From an archaeon (GTDB lineage: Archaea; EX4484-52; B79-G9): a DNA stretch of 18,288 nt. Below are positions 15,238 to 18,288 of this stretch, piece by piece (position 1 is the stretch's first letter; every line of letters starts with the position of its first letter). The translations under genes were made by a program, and so were the position numbers. Below the pieces are notes generated by a model. That model was not told where the DNA came from and did no database searches. It saw nothing but the letters and a program-made list of their open reading frames with translations. The stretch covers positions 1-18,288 of the forward strand of contig JBDRKP010000006.1 in NCBI GenBank assembly GCA_043813875.1. Direction: 5' to 3'.

Positions 15238-18200
15238 ATGAGGAAAGGTAAAGTAAAAAAGTCAACATCAAACGCGCGATTGCCGGCAATTGCATTTTCA
15301 GCAGTTGCAGTGCTCGCGCTGTTTGCGATTTTGTCTTTTGCGTTGCCGCAGGTGACTTACGTTTCGCCAACTCTTTCCGACAACGCGACAACCGGCGCAA
15401 ACTGGGTTTTTGTGAACCTGACTTCTTCGGAGAATTTGAACCAGTCGCTTCTGGAGTGGGGCAATACAAGCGGGTTTACGAATGTTTCGATGTCGAATGT
15501 CTCAGCCTCGATAACAAACTGGTATGTGAATATGACCAGCTTGACGGACGGAAGATATAACTATACGGTTTGGGCAGAGAATACGACGGGAGGGTGGAAT
15601 CGGACGGCGAGGAGGTTTGTGGTGGTACAACAAGGTCCTTCCGGCTGCTCTGCAATTGGGGCAGCGACGTATAATGCCGGAACAAACACAATCTCGTTGT
15701 ATAACCAGACAAGCACTTTGTGTACCCTCTATTATGATGTAAACAACGAAAGTGCATTATCATATATCACTTCAACAAATACTTATGACCTAAAAGCGAA
15801 CATAACTTTAGGTAACAACGCAACATTCATAATAAATGACACTACATTAATACTCAATACAACAAATTCAATAAGAGTTATTGATGCCCCCAGTGATACT
15901 GTTTGTAATAGAACGCTTAAAATTAAAAATGCTGAGATTTACGCATTAGATTATAATAAAAGTGAATTTACGGACATATGCGGCATAGTAGAAATTGAGA
16001 ACGCCACTATCCATAAAATTGGCATAGACAAGCCAACTATTTCGGGGTGGGGGGCATTTTATCTTAGGTCCTCCGATGTGAATAATAATCTCCCATATTT
16101 TTCTATAAAAAACAGTACTGTCTATGATGTCCCTAAGTTTTTTGGAGGCTACTATCTGGAAACGGCTATTTTTGAGAATAACAACTTTTCAAACATAACT
16201 CGTTCAACAATCGACTTGTACAATCAAATTAACAGTTCAGTAATTAGAAATAATTTGTTTAATAACGTATTACGTGCAAATGCCCTTTGCAGCAATGGGG
16301 ATGCGGTTATTTGCGGAAGTGATAATTCGATAATTGAAAACAATACGATTTCATATTACGGATATGCTGGTGGATCATCAACACTAGCAATCTGTATTAA
16401 AGAGAAAGTTAATATATCTCTTGATAATAATCGCGTCACTAACCCCTATGGCAGTGATGTTCGTGGTCTTGCAAATTCAATGACATTTGCTGTACAGGCA
16501 TCCATAAACCTATTCAGAAACAATTTTGTAAACGCTACGGGAGGTATGAACGCATTTTCAACCAGTGGCGCCGGAGTGTTTGCTTACAATTATTATCACC
16601 TGATAAATAATACATTTATTGGCGGGCTAGTCGAATCGTTTCAAGGACATGACCTACTTATACGCGATAATAATATTAGGGATTGCGGGTTGTGGACATC
16701 AGGGATACTTATCTCGCCGAGTGGTGGCGGGCATTCGAATGTTACTCTGTGGAATAACACAATCTCAAATTGTGCAACTGGCGGAGGCCAAATTGCAATA
16801 AACATCCAGGATGCCAATGTTACTGTAATAGATTTTGATTACGATGGAAAATCGACCTATTCCATAAGCGTAGAAAACACCAAAATAGTTAATGCGAATT
16901 ATACAAATCAACTTTATATCGGTTCTGGAAAAGTAGCATATGTATATTATTATTCAGATGTCAATCTCACGGATTTTGGGGGTAATAGCCTTTCTGGCAT
17001 GGAAGTCCGAGTAACTAATGATGTTAATTCGTCACATCCTTCAAAAAACCTATTACTTCCTCTTCAAGACAACGCCGTAGCTTATACAGAGTCTAATGGA
17101 CATACCTCAAAGCCTTCTGAAAATGCAAGCAATACAATTGTACTCATGGATTACTGGAAGACATCATCAACTCAGCAAAATATGACCTACACCATCACCG
17201 CCTACGACCCCAACAACATCTGGACCAACGTAACGCACACGATATATCCAAACGGAACGATACAGCAATTGCAGCCATTGGCTAATGTTTCGGGCGTTAA
17301 TCCAGACGCCTCGTGGTACAGAAGCAATCCGAACACTTATCAGAACACAACAACTCTGCAAATCAATTACACTAAAACCAATATCACAATCGCAGTCACA
17401 AATACTACAAATATTACAGTCTCCGAATATTCGCAAGCAAAGATAAACTTCACTGCAACCAACACAACAGCAAGCCAGAAGATGAACATCACAATCTCAA
17501 ACAGCACATTCCCTGTGGTGAATGGTTGGCAATATCACATTAAGAAAGACGGAGTTATACAGTCAACTCAAGCGGCGTCATCTAATCAGGTCATATTCAC
17601 TAACATCAGCATTGGAAGCGAATACATAATTGAATCATTCAATAACCTGACAGTTACTCTCAATACTCCGCAAAACAATAATGTTACAAATAACGCCTCA
17701 GTTACATTCAACTGTTCTGCTTCAACATCTAACAATCTGACAAACATCACTCTCTACACCAACCAGTCCTCTTGGTCCGCAAAGAACTCGACCAACATAA
17801 CCGGCACTACAAACTCCTCGCAATGGGTTAACACTCTCGCAGACGGCACCTACATCTGGAACTGCCGGGCATATGACGACACAGGCAACTCGTCGTTCGC
17901 AATAAGCAACTATACGCTGACAATAGACACGATCGCACCGTTTGTGCAGATAATCCTACCCGCAAACACGACATATAACTCAGCTACGCGGACGCTGAAT
18001 TACACAGCAACCGATCTGAACCTGAATGCGGCGTGGTACGGCTACAACGGGACTAATACTACTTTAAGCGGGAATGCGACATTCACTGCTTTGGCGAATC
18101 AACAGTCCACTCTTGTGTTGTACGCCAACGATTCCGCAGGAAACGTCAATTCGACTTCGGTAACGTTCACTGTAGATACATCTGCTCCTGTCGTTTCTCT

Positions 18201-18288
18201 CGCGAGCCCCGCAAACGCATACAACACATCAACCGCATCCATTAACTTTACCTTCAACGTGACGGATAATATCAACGCATCAATGGCA
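15238..18288 (+). CDS. Large secreted surface (glyco)protein, partial: signal peptide, Ig-like domain, right-handed beta-helix, further Ig-like repeats
   Basis: Translated by hand: the frame is open from ATG 15163/15238 to the window end (1017 codons from 15238). MRKGKVKK...hydrophobic signal. LTDGRYNYTVWAEN Ig domain. IRNNLF/IENNTI/LDNNRV/FRNNFV/LWNNTI beta-helix coils. DGTYIWNCRAYD...IDTIAP and YANDSAGN...VDTSAP Ig repeats. Many NxS/T sequons. Absent from the ORF track because it has no stop in the window. Confidence 0.92.
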   Translation, partial: MRKGKVKKSTSNARLPAIAFSAVAVLALFAILSFALPQVTYVSPTLSDNATTGANWVFVNLTSSENLNQSLLEWGNTSGFTNVSMSNVSASITNWYVNMTSLTDGRYNYTVWAENTTGGWNRTARRFVVVQQGPSGCSAIGAATYNAGTNTISLYNQTSTLCTLYYDVNNESALSYITSTNTYDLKANITLGNNATFIINDTTLILNTTNSIRVIDAPSDTVCNRTLKIKNAEIYALDYNKSEFTDICGIVEIENATIHKIGIDKPTISGWGAFYLRSSDVNNNLPYFSIKNSTVYDVPKFFGGYYLETAIFENNNFSNITRSTIDLYNQINSSVIRNNLFNNVLRANALCSNGDAVICGSDNSIIENNTISYYGYAGGSSTLAICIKEKVNISLDNNRVTNPYGSDVRGLANSMTFAVQASINLFRNNFVNATGGMNAFSTSGAGVFAYNYYHLINNTFIGGLVESFQGHDLLIRDNNIRDCGLWTSGILISPSGGGHSNVTLWNNTISNCATGGGQIAINIQDANVTVIDFDYDGKSTYSISVENTKIVNANYTNQLYIGSGKVAYVYYYSDVNLTDFGGNSLSGMEVRVTNDVNSSHPSKNLLLPLQDNAVAYTESNGHTSKPSENASNTIVLMDYWKTSSTQQNMTYTITAYDPNNIWTNVTHTIYPNGTIQQLQPLANVSGVNPDASWYRSNPNTYQNTTTLQINYTKTNITIAVTNTTNITVSEYSQAKINFTATNTTASQKMNITISNSTFPVVNGWQYHIKKDGVIQSTQAASSNQVIFTNISIGSEYIIESFNNLTVTLNTPQNNNVTNNASVTFNCSASTSNNLTNITLYTNQSSWSAKNSTNITGTTNSSQWVNTLADGTYIWNCRAYDDTGNSSFAISNYTLTIDTIAPFVQIILPANTTYNSATRTLNYTATDLNLNAAWYGYNGTNTTLSGNATFTALANQQSTLVLYANDSAGNVNSTSVTFTVDTSAPVVSLASPANAYNTSTASINFTFNVTDNINASMA

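Noticed and set aside
14645..17436. Minus-strand ORFs opposite DUF1016 and the surface protein
   Set aside because: Antisense shadows of well-supported plus-strand genes.

Overview
This is an archaeal chromosomal window, probably from a DPANN-type lineage (inferred from TATA promoters, GGTGA Shine-Dalgarno sites, an unlinked compact 5S rRNA, a BHB intron in a tRNA T-loop and a form III RuBisCO). Left part: 5S rRNA, intron-containing tRNA-Asp(GTC), HTH-nucleotidyltransferase, HExxH peptidase, form III RuBisCO, YbjQ, a small membrane protein, rdgB, purA, and a nucleotidyltransferase/small-protein pair. Middle: a ~150-nt fold-back element, then a HAD hydrolase coupled to a triosephosphate-isomerase-like gene, then a DUF58/membrane/BatA-vWA/BatD-like operon with no adjacent MoxR. 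Right part: an accessory-looking region with an IS-type Zn-ribbon/HTH fused to a PD-(D/E)XK nuclease, a ~790-nt non-coding stretch with repeated motifs, a DUF1016/YhcG nuclease, and a >1000-aa secreted Ig/beta-helix protein that the ORF track missed and that runs off the window. The most striking observation is that the TIM-like protein appears naturally circularly permuted: beta1-alpha1-beta2-alpha2, with the catalytic Lys, sits at the C-terminus. All family calls come from reading motifs by eye; no searches were run.
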